Shown: positions 29,459 to 40,411, numbered from the stretch's first letter. The stretch is DNA of 64,000 nt from an uncultured Ruficoccus sp. (GCA_965140785.1 OZ223484.1:32001-96000); one strand, 5' to 3'. Translations and numbers: made by a program. The notes: a model not told the origin generated them from the sequence alone.

Positions 29459-30487
29459 CTAAGCCTTTTCTCGCTTCATGGGCAACAGGGAGGCCCCCTC
29501 CTCCCAGGTGGTATCGACGGAAACGACCTTGGGCACGTCAGGGATACCGCGCTCGTTGCGCTGGAGTTGATCGATGACTAAATCCACGAGCGCCGAACCG
29601 ATAGACACATAATCACGACGGATGTGAGCCAGCCCGGGAATCACCGTATCGGAAAACACCTGCACCACCCCCATGGCTTCCGGGATTTGGATGCGGCGCT
29701 TGCGCAGCCACTGATGCATCACGGGCTCTGTGATCAAAATGGCATCGGGGCAGGTCGCCTCCAGCCAGCCGTCGAAGGCTTTCTCATCAAATCCCTCCAG
29801 GTAGCAGGGATCAATCCGGTGCTCTGGCTCCTGGAGAAATTGCCACCCCAGGTAACTGCCAAGAATAGCGTGGTTGGTCTGCTGGTCCGTTCTGCGACGG
29901 ATGACCAGTCCAATGCGCCGGTAGCCGCGGTGGCGCAAGAGTCGCAGGACAAGAGAAAGCGTCTGGGAATGATTACTGGCCACCCGATGAAAATCGGGCC
30001 GGGCCAGAGTATAGCCAAGCGTGGCTACGGCATAACGATCCCAGATCAGCCGAAGATGACTCAGTGGGCGCAGGGTTCCGATGATCAGACCATGGACCCC
30101 CCGGGCGAGAAGCACCTGATCCAAGCGATGCCATGTCATCTTGGGTTGACTTATCCAGATCGGGCTGAGGCCGTAACCTCTTTCCGTTGCCCGGTCTTCC
30201 GCACCGTTGAACACGTGTCCGAGGAAGTTTTTCCGCCAGCTGTTTTCGTTGGTACCCGCTGTCAGAAAGGCGATAAAGGGGCGTTGGCGGGGAGGATGCG
30301 CGGCCCGCAATTGCGCCATATGAGCGGCAATCAGAGGGTTGGGACGATAGCCGATTTGCTCGGCGATGGCCCGGACCTTCTCTGCCGTGGCAACGGAGAT
30401 AGCGCGGTCGTTGCGCAAGACCCGGGAGACAGTCATGCGGCTAACACCGGCCAATTCGGCAATCGTTTTAAGGGTAGGAGCCGACAT
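29459..30487 (-). CDS. LacI-family transcriptional regulator
   Basis: TLKTIAELAGVSRMTVSRVLR; GYRPN. Confidence 0.95.
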   Translation of the reverse strand: MSAPTLKTIAELAGVSRMTVSRVLRNDRAISVATAEKVRAIAEQIGYRPNPLIAAHMAQLRAAHPPRQRPFIAFLTAGTNENSWRKNFLGHVFNGAEDRATERGYGLSPIWISQPKMTWHRLDQVLLARGVHGLIIGTLRPLSHLRLIWDRYAVATLGYTLARPDFHRVASNHSQTLSLVLRLLRHRGYRRIGLVIRRRTDQQTNHAILGSYLGWQFLQEPEHRIDPCYLEGFDEKAFDGWLEATCPDAILITEPVMHQWLRKRRIQIPEAMGVVQVFSDTVIPGLAHIRRDYVSIGSALVDLVIDQLQRNERGIPDVPKVVSVDTTWEEGASLLPMKREKA

Positions 30488-30502
30488 GATTATGCGGATA
30501 GA

Positions 30503-30515
30503 ATTACGGGTAACA
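30503..30515. promoter_or_regulatory. Operator copy 3, inverted (ATTACGGGTAACA)
   Basis: About 15 bp upstream of the LacI start, an autoregulatory position. Confidence 0.75.
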
Positions 30516-30891
30516 TATAGGCCGTCTTGCCCATGTCAATTCTCCGAGAACAATCCGCTTCCAACCTGATGCTGTAAACGAGCCTCCAGCGTGTAGGTAT
30601 TTATCGGTTGGAACCAGGCACAGAGAAAGAAGATTACCGAGATGTTAAAATAATAAAAACCAGGGTGAAGAACCGATCATCGATGCACTTCACCGAGTTA
30701 CAGGCAACAGTTTGTTGCGCACCCGCTTTTCACTCTGTTTTCGGTCTTCTTTTCTAGTCACTCAGCCTCGCGCATCGGCCTCACGCAATGACGCACATAC
30801 ACACCGACAAAGAGGAAGCCTGTGTTCCGATTTCATCGTGATCGATGACGCTCCCCTTTTCGACAAACCCGAACCTGGCTAGTGTTGTCCT

Positions 30892-31935
30892 ATGAAGTTA
30901 CCCGAGAAATCTCCGGCCATTCTGTTTCACGGCCCGGATGACATCCGCATCCAGGACGTGCAGCTCCCGCCGCTCGGTGACGAGGACGTCGCCGTGCGCA
31001 CGCGCTACACCATGGTGTCCACCGGCACCGAGTTGAGAGCCCTGAGCGGCTTTTATAAAAGCGTCCCCTTCCCCTTTATCCCCGGCTACTCAAGCGTCGG
31101 CGAGGTCGTGGCCTGCGGCAAGGACGCCAGCGGCTACCGGCCCGGCGACCTCGTGTCCTGCCGCAACGCGAATCCGTTTCCGGAAACAAATATCTGCTGG
31201 GGCGGGCAGGTCGGCTACCATCTGCACAACGTCAAGGACCCCGAGAGCAAGCCGGTCCTCCTGCCCGAGGGAGCCGATCCGCTCGACTACGTCGGGACGG
31301 AGGTCGGCGCGATCAGCCTGCGTGGCGTGAAGTCGGCCCAGCCGCAAGCCGGGCAAACGGCGGTCGTGATCGGGCTGGGCGTTATCGGCGCATACGCCGC
31401 GGCCTGGCTCCAGCAAGCCGGCTGCCGCGTTATCGTGAGCGACTTGAGCCCGAGCCGCCTGAAGCGGATAGCCGCCTGGGGGCCGACGCCCGTTCTCGGC
31501 GGCAACCTCGACTCCGAGGCGCGCCTGCGGGAACGGATGGGTGAAGGCGCCGATATCGTGGTGGAGTGCTCTGGCTCCATGATCGGGCTCGCCCTGGCCA
31601 CTCGTCTGACGCGTGCCGTGCCCGAGAGGTCGCAAACATCCATGCTGCAACATCGCGGCCGCTGGCCCAAACTGCTACTGCAGGCCACCTACCGCGAACC
31701 TGTCTCCTTCTCCAAACTGCCCGGCGAAGGTGTCATCCTGCTCACGCCCAAGGACCGGAGCGTGGAAGACCGTCTCGACACCATTGAGGCCATCCGCACC
31801 GGAAAACTCTGTGCCGCCAACTTCCGTGACCGCGTCGTCCCTTACCGCGAAGCACCCGCGCACTACCTGGCCGTACGGGATAATCCCGACGCGGTTTTCT
31901 CCCTCGTCTTTGATTGGGCCGATCTCAACAGCTAA
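30892..31935 (+). CDS. MDR-family (alcohol/sugar) dehydrogenase
   Basis: VSTGTE, PGYSSVGEV (instead of GHE), VIGLGVIG Rossmann motif, DIVVECSG. Confidence 0.88.
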   Translation: MKLPEKSPAILFHGPDDIRIQDVQLPPLGDEDVAVRTRYTMVSTGTELRALSGFYKSVPFPFIPGYSSVGEVVACGKDASGYRPGDLVSCRNANPFPETNICWGGQVGYHLHNVKDPESKPVLLPEGADPLDYVGTEVGAISLRGVKSAQPQAGQTAVVIGLGVIGAYAAAWLQQAGCRVIVSDLSPSRLKRIAAWGPTPVLGGNLDSEARLRERMGEGADIVVECSGSMIGLALATRLTRAVPERSQTSMLQHRGRWPKLLLQATYREPVSFSKLPGEGVILLTPKDRSVEDRLDTIEAIRTGKLCAANFRDRVVPYREAPAHYLAVRDNPDAVFSLVFDWADLNS

Positions 31936-31950
31936 ACGGAGCACACGACC

Positions 31951-33052
31951 ATGAATACACTACGACTCGGCATCGTCGGCATGGGCGTCATGGGGCGCAA
32001 CCACGCACGCAACATTCTCGACGGTTAAAGTACCGCGCCTAAGCCTCGGAGCAGTTTGCGACGCGACACAAACCAACCGCGAAGCCTTTCCGGATGTTCC
32101 CGGTTTTGCCTCGCTGGAGGCAATGCTTGAGGCGAAATCCGTCGATGCCGTTCTCGTCGCCACGCCCCACCCCTCCCACGTCGCCCTGGGCCTGAAAATC
32201 CTGGAGGCGGGACTTCCCCTGCTGATGGAGAAACCGCTCGGCGTCCACGTCGAAGAGGCGCGTCGGCTAACCGATGCGGCGAAGGCCTCCGGCATCGCCT
32301 TCGGGGCCATGTTTAACCAGCGCACCGATCCTCTCTACCAACGCCTGCGGGAGCTCGTCCGCAGCGGCAAACTCGGCGCCATCCAGCGCGTCAACTGGAC
32401 CGTGACCGACTGGTTCCGTCCCGACGCCTACTACCGCTCCAGCAGCTGGCGGGCGACCTGGGAAGGCGAAGGCGGCGGCGTCCTGCTCAACCAATGCCCG
32501 CACAACCTGGACCTGTGGCAGTGGATATTCGGTATGCCCGCCGGCATTCAGGCGCAGGCGGCGTTTGGCCGGCATCACGCCATTGCGGTGGAGGACGAGG
32601 TCGTCGCGCTGATGACTTACCCGGACCGCATGTGCGGCCAGTTCATCACCTCGACCGGCGAGGCCCCGGGCGTTAACCGCCTGGAAGTCGCCACCGAAGG
32701 CGGTCGCATTGTGCTGGAAAACCGCCAGCTGATCTGGCACCGGCTCAAGGAGTCCTTACCCGCCTTCAATCACCGGAACACCGAACTTTTCGCTTCCCCG
32801 GAACACGAAACGGTGATCGAGGATTATCCGGAGAGCGGCGAACAGCACATCGGGATTTTGCGTAACTTTACCGACCACCTGCTCGACGGCGCTCCCCTGC
32901 TCGCACCGGGCGAGGACGGGCTGGCCTCCCTCGAGCTGGCCAACGCCGCCATCCTCTCCGCGCTGGAAGAGCGGCGGGTGGATCTGCCTATCGCCGGGCA
33001 AGCCTATACCCAACACCTGCAAGAACTGATCGAAAAAGAACGTGAAAACTGA
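31951..33052 (+). CDS. Gfo/Idh/MocA oxidoreductase, +1 frameshift near 32025
   Basis: MNTLRLGIVGMGVMG stops at TAA 32026; continues as KVPRLSLGAVCD...EKPL...GGGVLLNQCPH after deleting one T. Confidence 0.88.
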
Positions 33053-33079
33053 TCGCGTTCATGCAAACTTAAGCCACTC

Positions 33080-35305
33080 ATGAATTCTTCGCTTCAAACC
33101 TCCGACATCAAGGCAGGAGTTCAGTACCTCCCCGACCACGAGGCCTTCTTCCTGCAGGCCGGAGGTGCCACCTATGGCATGCAGGTCGCCAGCCACAATG
33201 TTCTCTGCCACGCCTACTGGGGTGCCCCTCTGGAAGCGCAAAGCCTGGCGGGCACCCACGACAGGCAGGAACGCTGCATGAGCCATAACCCGGTGCCCGG
33301 CGAGATGGACTTCTCGCTCGATACGCTGCCACAGGAGTACCCAACCTACGGACGCACCGACTTTCGCTCCCCGGCGATCGAGGTGCTTCATCCGGAGACC
33401 GGTTCGCGCATCGCTGACCTGCGCACCCACACGCACCGCATCGAGCCCGGCAAGCCGCAGTTGAAGGGCCTCCCAGCGACCTTCGCCGAGGCGGATGAGG
33501 CGACGACGCTCGTCATCACGATGCGGGACGAGGCGGTCAATCTTGTAGTTGAACTCAACTACACGGCATTCGCCCATCACCCTGTGATTGCACGCTCAGC
33601 CCGGATCATAAACGAAGGGGCCAAGCCGATAACGCTCAAGCGCGCCCTGTCCTGCTCACTCGACTTGCCCGCAAGCTTTGCGGGTTATCACTTTCTTCAC
33701 ACTCAGGGCGCTTGGATGCGTGAGATGCATCCGGTCTCACAGCCGCTGCGCCCCGGCATGCAGTCGGTCGAAAGCCGACGCGGCGCCAGCAGCCACAACC
33801 ACAACCCTTTTTTCGCGCTGACCGAGCTCGACGCGCATGAGGAGTACGGTGCGGCCTATGGTTTCAACCTCGTTTACAGCGGCAACTTCCTGGCCGCGGC
33901 GGAAGTGGACGTGTACGGAGGCGTGCGCTGCCAGATGGGGCTCAACCCCTTCGACTTTGCCTGGGAACTGCGGCCCGGTGAATCTTTCCAGACACCCGAG
34001 GTGGTCATGGCGTATTCCGGAGAAGGGCTGGGCGGCATGTCCCGCGCTTTTCATCGCTTCTACCGTCACCACCTCATCGCCAAAGACTGGCAGAAGAAAG
34101 ATCGGCCCGTCGTCATTAACAGTTGGGAGGCCACCTACTTCGATTTCGACGCCGACAAGATCGAGCGCTTCGCCGAGCAAGCGGCCTCGCTGGGCATCGA
34201 CCTGCTCGTCCTCGACGATGGCTGGTTCGGCCACCGCAACGACGCCAAGAGCTCCTTGGGAGACTGGTTTGTGAACGAGGAAAAGCTGCCCAAGGGCTTG
34301 CCCGATCTCGTCGAACGGGTCCAGGCCAAGGGCATCGACTTCGGTCTCTGGTTTGAGCCCGAAATGATTTCGCCCGACAGCGACCTGTTCCGCGCCCATC
34401 CGGACTGGTGTCTGCACGTCCCCACCCACGCGTGCAGCGAAGGGCGCCACCAACTCGCCCTCGACCTGTCCCGTCCGGAGATCTGCGACGAAGTTTACCG
34501 ACGCGTGGCCGACATCCTCAAGTGCGCCCCGATCCGCTTCGTCAAATGGGACATGAACCGCAACCTGACGGAGATCGGATCGCCCACGCAAAAGCCGGAG
34601 CGCCAGCAGGAGACCGCCCACCGCTACATCCTCGGCCTCTACTCGATCCTGGAGCGGCTGCGGGAGAGCTTCCCCGACATTCTTTTCGAAGGCTGCGCCA
34701 GCGGCGGCGGGCGCTTCGACCCGGGCATCCTCGCCTACATGCCCCAAATCTGGACCAGCGACGACAGCGATGCCATCGCCCGCCTGCGCATCCAGCACGG
34801 CACCAGCCTGGTCTATCCCTTCAACACAATTTCCGCGCATGTCTCCCCGGTCCCGAATCACTTTCTCGGACGTATCACGCCGTTGAGCACGCGCTGCCAT
34901 GTCGCCATGACGGGCATCTACGGCTACGAGCTGGACCCCGGTGAGATGACCGAGGAGGAAAAGGAATCCACACGCCGCGACATCGAACACTTCAAAAAGC
35001 TGCGACAGCTCCTCTCCCACGGGGACCTCTACCGGCTGCGCAATCCCTTTCACGGAAATGAGGCCGCGTGGATGGTGGTTTCCGAGGACCGGCGGGAGGC
35101 ACTCGTCACGCACGTCAATATCCTTTCCCAGCCCAACCCCGCCCCGATCTACCTGCATCTGCGCGGGCTGAATCCGGAGGGGCGCTACCGTATCGAAGGG
35201 AGCGACACCATTCTCCGGGGCGACTTCCTGCAACAGGCCGGCCTGATTGTCCCCGCAGCGAAGAGCGATTTTACTAGCCACCAATGGCACTTGTGTCAGA
35301 TTTAG
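33080..35305 (+). CDS. Alpha-galactosidase GH36
   Basis: NSWEATYFDF, LDDGWFG, FGLWFEPEM, KWDMNR, CASGGGRFD, WTSD. Confidence 0.96.
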   Translation: MNSSLQTSDIKAGVQYLPDHEAFFLQAGGATYGMQVASHNVLCHAYWGAPLEAQSLAGTHDRQERCMSHNPVPGEMDFSLDTLPQEYPTYGRTDFRSPAIEVLHPETGSRIADLRTHTHRIEPGKPQLKGLPATFAEADEATTLVITMRDEAVNLVVELNYTAFAHHPVIARSARIINEGAKPITLKRALSCSLDLPASFAGYHFLHTQGAWMREMHPVSQPLRPGMQSVESRRGASSHNHNPFFALTELDAHEEYGAAYGFNLVYSGNFLAAAEVDVYGGVRCQMGLNPFDFAWELRPGESFQTPEVVMAYSGEGLGGMSRAFHRFYRHHLIAKDWQKKDRPVVINSWEATYFDFDADKIERFAEQAASLGIDLLVLDDGWFGHRNDAKSSLGDWFVNEEKLPKGLPDLVERVQAKGIDFGLWFEPEMISPDSDLFRAHPDWCLHVPTHACSEGRHQLALDLSRPEICDEVYRRVADILKCAPIRFVKWDMNRNLTEIGSPTQKPERQQETAHRYILGLYSILERLRESFPDILFEGCASGGGRFDPGILAYMPQIWTSDDSDAIARLRIQHGTSLVYPFNTISAHVSPVPNHFLGRITPLSTRCHVAMTGIYGYELDPGEMTEEEKESTRRDIEHFKKLRQLLSHGDLYRLRNPFHGNEAAWMVVSEDRREALVTHVNILSQPNPAPIYLHLRGLNPEGRYRIEGSDTILRGDFLQQAGLIVPAAKSDFTSHQWHLCQI

Positions 35306-35334
35306 CGTCTTATTCTTATTCGTTGTCCACACCT

Positions 35335-37389
35335 ATGAAAACTTCCTCCGTGCTCCGCTGCCTGCTGCTGGCAGCCGCTCCCTTCGGCATTAGCCAGGCG
35401 GCCGTCCAACTGCCCGCCATCTTCTCGGACCATATGGTTCTGGAAAAATCCGATGAGGTGCCCGTCTGGGGCACGGCTGATCCCGGCGAATCCGTCACCG
35501 TAACGCTGGACGAGGTGACGGCGCAGACCGAAGCCGACGCCTCGGGTAAGTGGATGCTCGCACTCGACCTGTCGGAGTCCCCTCAGGGCCCGTTTGAGAT
35601 GACGGTCCAGGGCGACAACACCCTGCGCATCGCAGATGTCGTGGTGGGAGAGGTCTGGGTGGCCTCCGGCCAATCCAATATGGAGTTCGTGGTGCGTAAT
35701 AGTATCGACGCGAGTGCGATCATCGCCGACTCAGCTAACCCCATGCTCCGCCATTTCAAGGTCAGTAAGCACGCCACGCCCGTCCCGCAGGAAGCACTCA
35801 AAGGCCAGTGGCAGTTGGCCTCACCCGAAACAACCGGCGGCTTCACCGCGGTCGGCTACTTCTTTGCCCGCCGACTGCAGCAGGAGCTTCAGGTGCCCAT
35901 CGGCATCGTCCACACCTCTTGGGGCGGCACGCCGGTCGAAGCCTGGACCAGCCAGGAAGCCCTAGCCAGCGTGCCCGCGCTGAAATCCTCCAGCGAGCGT
36001 TACTGGGCCGTTATGGACAAATACGCAAAGGACAAACCGGCCTTTGTCGCGGCGATGGACGCGTGGATCACAGCTAACCGGCGCGAAGACAAAACAGATG
36101 CCGACCCGGCAGCCTACACGGCAGCGGCCGTCGATACCCAGGACTGGACCCCGGTTGAGCTACCGGGCAAAGTCGAAGCGCCCGGCCTCCCCGAGGCGGG
36201 AGCCGTCTGGCTGCGTAAGACGGTCACGGTCTCGGAGAAACCAGCCAGAATCCTCCGCCTGCGCCTGCCCATTGACGGCTTTGACAGTGTTTACTGGAAC
36301 GGCAAGCTGCTGCGCCAAACGAACTATCAGAATTTCCCCGGACAGGGCTATGTACGCTTGTACGGCCCCTTTGATGTCCCGGCCAGCGATGTGAATGAGG
36401 GCGAAAACATCCTCGCCATTCGCCTCTACGAACCGGTCGAACCGGCGGTCTTCACCGCCGATCCCAAGGCCGGCGGCCAGTCCCTGAGCGGCACCTGGCT
36501 GGCCAAGGCCGAATACGCCTTCCCGGAGGTCGATGCAAAACAGCAGGCCCAGGCTCCGAAATTACTGGCCTCCGCCCCCCGTCCGAAGAATGTGGCCAGC
36601 TACCTGTACAACGGTATGATCAACCCCATCGTTCCCTACGCGATCCGCGGGGCCATCTGGTACCAGGGAGAGGCCAATGCCGGACGCGCCTACCAGTACC
36701 GCACCTCCTTTCCGCTCATGATCGAAGACTGGCGCAACCAGTGGGACCAGGGCGATTTCCCCTTCTACTTTGTCCAACTGGCAAACTACACGGGCAAAAC
36801 CCAGGAACCCGGCGAAAGCGCCTGGGCAGAGCTACGCGAGGCGCAGAGCATGACACTCGACCTACCCAATACCGGCCAGGCAGTCATCATCGACCTGGGC
36901 GAGTCCGGCGACATCCACCCGCGCAACAAGCATGACGTGGGCGAACGCCTCGCGCGCATCGCCCTGGCCAAGGACTACGGCCAGGACATCCCCTACTCCG
37001 GCCCGGTCTATGAATCCATGGACATCGAAGATGGTCAGGTAGTGCTTCACTTCTCGCAGATCGACGGCGGCCTCGTGGCCCAACCGCTGCCTGAAACCTA
37101 TCTGGTGCAGTCCGAAAGCGATAAAACCGCCCCGCTCAAGCGCAACACCCCCGAGAGCGAACTGGAAGGCTTCGCCATCTGCGGCCCGAACCACAAATGG
37201 GTATGGGCGCAGGCCCGGATCGAGGGTGACACCGTTGTCGTGTGGTCGGACGAGGTGGACGAGCCCGTGGCCGTCCGCTATGGCTGGGCCAACAACCCGA
37301 CCTGCAATCTTTATAATACCGCCGGCCTGCCGGCCTCGCCCTTCCGCACGGACGATTTTACGCCTGCAACCAAAAACAATCAGTATTAG
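35335..37389 (+). CDS. Sialate O-acetylesterase-like (SASA) secreted esterase
   Basis: LPAIFSDHMVL, GEVWVASGQSNM, WYQGE, DIHPRNK, LPASPFRTD. Confidence 0.93.
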   Translation: MKTSSVLRCLLLAAAPFGISQAAVQLPAIFSDHMVLEKSDEVPVWGTADPGESVTVTLDEVTAQTEADASGKWMLALDLSESPQGPFEMTVQGDNTLRIADVVVGEVWVASGQSNMEFVVRNSIDASAIIADSANPMLRHFKVSKHATPVPQEALKGQWQLASPETTGGFTAVGYFFARRLQQELQVPIGIVHTSWGGTPVEAWTSQEALASVPALKSSSERYWAVMDKYAKDKPAFVAAMDAWITANRREDKTDADPAAYTAAAVDTQDWTPVELPGKVEAPGLPEAGAVWLRKTVTVSEKPARILRLRLPIDGFDSVYWNGKLLRQTNYQNFPGQGYVRLYGPFDVPASDVNEGENILAIRLYEPVEPAVFTADPKAGGQSLSGTWLAKAEYAFPEVDAKQQAQAPKLLASAPRPKNVASYLYNGMINPIVPYAIRGAIWYQGEANAGRAYQYRTSFPLMIEDWRNQWDQGDFPFYFVQLANYTGKTQEPGESAWAELREAQSMTLDLPNTGQAVIIDLGESGDIHPRNKHDVGERLARIALAKDYGQDIPYSGPVYESMDIEDGQVVLHFSQIDGGLVAQPLPETYLVQSESDKTAPLKRNTPESELEGFAICGPNHKWVWAQARIEGDTVVVWSDEVDEPVAVRYGWANNPTCNLYNTAGLPASPFRTDDFTPATKNNQY

Positions 37390-37404
37390 AGCCATGCTCT
37401 GCGG

Positions 37405-38286
37405 CTACGCGGACACATCCCCGGTGAGCCACCGCCGGTAGGCGAGCGGATTCGTGTGGTAGTGCCTGCGAAAGGCTCGGTAGAACTGGGCGGTCGTAGC
37501 GTAGCCACAGGAAAAAGCGATCTCGGTCACGGTATCGGAGGTCAGACGCAGGGATTGCTCCGCGTGATCCATCCGAACCTGCTCGATAATGTGCCGGGGT
37601 GTCCGCCCGAGGTACTTCTGACAGGAGCGCGCCAAGTGCTCGGGGGAACGGCGCGACTCCCGGGCCATTCCCGCCACCCCCTGCATAAAGACGGACCGCT
37701 CCCTGCACTTGAGCAAGGCGTTGCGCAGCCAGTCGGGACAATTCTGCAAACCTGGCAGGGCAATCGGCTCGGGCTCGACAATGCGGACGATATCGAGCAG
37801 GAAGGCCTCCGTGTGGAGCATGTCCGGGGTACGGGCGGTGTAGTCCAGGGTGCAACGCTGCATCTGCTGAAGCCTGCCACCCTCCAGCCGGATCTTCAGC
37901 GGCATGTCCGCGCTCAGGGAGAACCAGTGGGCAAAGGGCTCGGCATGCCGGTTCTGTAAATGCACGAGCAGGTCCGGGTAGCACTCCACATTCGTCATGG
38001 TGAAGCGCTGGTGCCCGATGGCCGAGAGCTGGTGACGGTCCTTGTGTCCACGGATGAAGACCATATCGCCCGCTTGCAGGCGCTCTGAAACGCCGTTGAT
38101 CCGGTGCTGGCAGACTCCCTCTTCGATCCAGAATAGCTCGGAGTAATCGTGCGTGTGCTCCGCCAGGAGGGCACCCCGCTCGCACGAGACCTTCACCACC
38201 TGCCCGTATTGGCCGGCCTTGTAGCGCCATTTGAGGTTCAGCATACCAAGATCATATAAGGATACAAATTTGTCATAATTCAGCAA
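37405..38286 (-). CDS. AraC-family regulator (cupin + HTH)
   Basis: HTHDYSELFW; VTEIAFSCGY...FYRAFRR. Confidence 0.93.
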   Translation of the reverse strand: MLNYDKFVSLYDLGMLNLKWRYKAGQYGQVVKVSCERGALLAEHTHDYSELFWIEEGVCQHRINGVSERLQAGDMVFIRGHKDRHQLSAIGHQRFTMTNVECYPDLLVHLQNRHAEPFAHWFSLSADMPLKIRLEGGRLQQMQRCTLDYTARTPDMLHTEAFLLDIVRIVEPEPIALPGLQNCPDWLRNALLKCRERSVFMQGVAGMARESRRSPEHLARSCQKYLGRTPRHIIEQVRMDHAEQSLRLTSDTVTEIAFSCGYATTAQFYRAFRRHYHTNPLAYRRWLTGDVSA

Positions 38287-38320
38287 TGAAAAATCAATTT
38301 CAACCCGCTATAATCGGATA

Positions 38321-39343
38321 ATGAAAATACTCTTTATCGGCGGAACCGGCCTCATCAGCACTGCCAGCACCCAGCTGGCCATCGAACGCGGGCACGACCT
38401 GTACCTCCTGCACCGCGGCCACAGTGAAACGCCCGCCGCGGCAAAATCGCTCATCGGCGATATCAACAAAGACCCCGGTGGTGTGGCCGCCCTGCTCGAC
38501 GAGCACCAGTTCGACGCGGTCGTCAACTGGATCGTCTTCACCCCCCAGCAACTCCAACGGGACATCGAGTTGTTCAGCGGAAAGACCAAGCAGTACATGC
38601 TGATCAGCTCGGCCAGTGCCTACCAGAAGCCCTGCCTCGACTACCTCATCCGCGAAGACACGCCGCTGTGTAATCCCTACTGGGAATACTCCCGCAATAA
38701 GATCGCCACCGAGGAAATACTTCTGAAGGCGTACCGCGAGAGCGGCTTCCCCGGCACCATCGTCCGCCCCTCCCTGACCTACGGCGACACGCAGATCCCG
38801 CTTGTGGTCAATAGCTGGGCGAAACCCTACACGATCATCCAGCGCATGAAGGCCAATAAGCCTATCATCGTCCCCGGCGACGGGAACTCACTGTGGACCT
38901 GCACCCACAACTCCGACTTCGCCAAGGGGCTGGTGGGGCTGCTGGGACACACCCAGTCCATCGGGCAGGCCTTCCACATCACCTCGGACGAGGTACTTAC
39001 GTGGAACCAGTACTACGAAATCGTCGGCGAAGCCATTGGGGTAAAGCCGAAGCTCGTCCACATCGCCTCGGACTTCATCGCGGCCTGCCTGCCGGGCACG
39101 CGGGGCGGCCTCCTGGGCGACAAGGCGGTCAGCACGGTTTTCGATAACAGCAAAATCAAGCGCTACGTGCCGGGCTTTGTCGCCACGACTTCTTTCCGGG
39201 AAGGCATCCGCCAGACGCTCGACTGGTTCGAGGCCGACCCCGCGCGCCAGGAAATCGACGCGGAGCTCGACACGCAGTGGGACAAGCTCGTAGCCGCCTA
39301 CGAGGACGGCCTCAAGCAGGCCACATCCATTTTTAACCAATAA
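38321..39343 (+). CDS. NAD-dependent epimerase/dehydratase (extended SDR)
   Basis: ILFIGGTGLIS, ISSASAY, YSRNK. Confidence 0.92.
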   Translation: MKILFIGGTGLISTASTQLAIERGHDLYLLHRGHSETPAAAKSLIGDINKDPGGVAALLDEHQFDAVVNWIVFTPQQLQRDIELFSGKTKQYMLISSASAYQKPCLDYLIREDTPLCNPYWEYSRNKIATEEILLKAYRESGFPGTIVRPSLTYGDTQIPLVVNSWAKPYTIIQRMKANKPIIVPGDGNSLWTCTHNSDFAKGLVGLLGHTQSIGQAFHITSDEVLTWNQYYEIVGEAIGVKPKLVHIASDFIAACLPGTRGGLLGDKAVSTVFDNSKIKRYVPGFVATTSFREGIRQTLDWFEADPARQEIDAELDTQWDKLVAAYEDGLKQATSIFNQ

Positions 39344-39353
39344 GCCCAACACC

Positions 39354-40370
39354 ATGTCATCGTTACAACTCGGCATCGTCGGCTGCGGGGACTTCCTGCG
39401 GCTCCAGAAACCCGCCATCGACAAAACCCCGGCCGTGAAGGTCGTCGGTCTCTACGACCCCATGCAGGAGCGCAGCCAGGCTTTCGCCAAGGACTGGTCC
39501 AGCGCCCGCCTCTACGAAAGTGCGGAGGCGCTGATCGATGATCCGGCGATCGACGCGGTAGCGATTTTCGTCCCGCCGTGGCTGCGCAGACCGCTGCTGG
39601 TGCAGGCCGCCCAGAACGGCAAGCACATCATCACCACCAAGCCTCTGGCCCCCACACTCGAGGACTGCAAAGCCATGGTGAAGGCGGTCGAAGAGGCGGG
39701 CGTCACCGCCGCGGTCATTTATAATCGCACCTCTGACCTGCGGGCGCAAACGCTCAAAAAAATCTTCGAAGGCGGCGAGCTGGGCCAACTGGCGCTCTAT
39801 AAACAGGACTGGCTCCACCACTACCCGCACTGGAACACCTGGGCCCTCGACCCCGAGAAAAACGGCGGCCCGTTCATGGATGCGATGATCCACAACCTCA
39901 ACATCGCCCGCCACCTGATGGGCCGGGAAGCGACGAAGGGCACTTTTTTCTCGGACCACCATGCCCACCCGGACCTCCCCTGCGCCGACACGGAGTTTCT
40001 CAAGCTGGACTTCCCGGACAATAGCTCGGCCCACTTATTCATCACCTGGGCCGCCGACCTCAACCTGCTCGAAAAAGGCGGTAACTACCGCGAGCATTTC
40101 GACATCTGGTACGCCATCACCAACCAGGGCTGGCGCCTTACCTCGGAAAAGACCGACGGCAAGTCCGTCGTTATCGCCAGCCGCATGGGCGAGAACCGGA
40201 TCTTCCCCTTCATCGAGCCCACGGAGACTCACTACGAGGAGTTCATCGCCCGCATCGAGGGCAAGCGAAACTGCCTGGGCGTGCTCGCCACGCTGCCGGA
40301 AGCCCTTGAGGACATCCGTATCATCCGTGGCTGCGGCGCCCAGCCCGGCGAGGCCGTCCGCCTCTCTTAA
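39354..40370 (+). CDS. Gfo/Idh/MocA oxidoreductase
   Basis: LGIVGCG, TKPLA, NGGPFMDAMIH. Confidence 0.9.
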   Translation: MSSLQLGIVGCGDFLRLQKPAIDKTPAVKVVGLYDPMQERSQAFAKDWSSARLYESAEALIDDPAIDAVAIFVPPWLRRPLLVQAAQNGKHIITTKPLAPTLEDCKAMVKAVEEAGVTAAVIYNRTSDLRAQTLKKIFEGGELGQLALYKQDWLHHYPHWNTWALDPEKNGGPFMDAMIHNLNIARHLMGREATKGTFFSDHHAHPDLPCADTEFLKLDFPDNSSAHLFITWAADLNLLEKGGNYREHFDIWYAITNQGWRLTSEKTDGKSVVIASRMGENRIFPFIEPTETHYEEFIARIEGKRNCLGVLATLPEALEDIRIIRGCGAQPGEAVRLS

Positions 40371-40411
40371 GCATTGCCAGAGGCAGGCCGTCTGCTTTCC
40401 ATGAATCAACC

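Noticed and set aside
30540..30890. Riboswitch or sRNA in the long lacI-dehydrogenase gap (GGTGAAG...CTTCACC stem)
   Set aside because: Short stems only; no match to a riboswitch consensus I can recognise.
33737..35332. 531-aa minus-strand ORF (similarly 58213-59256 and 60644-61816)
   Set aside because: Shadow frames of the GH36, O-antigen ligase-like and transglutaminase-like genes.
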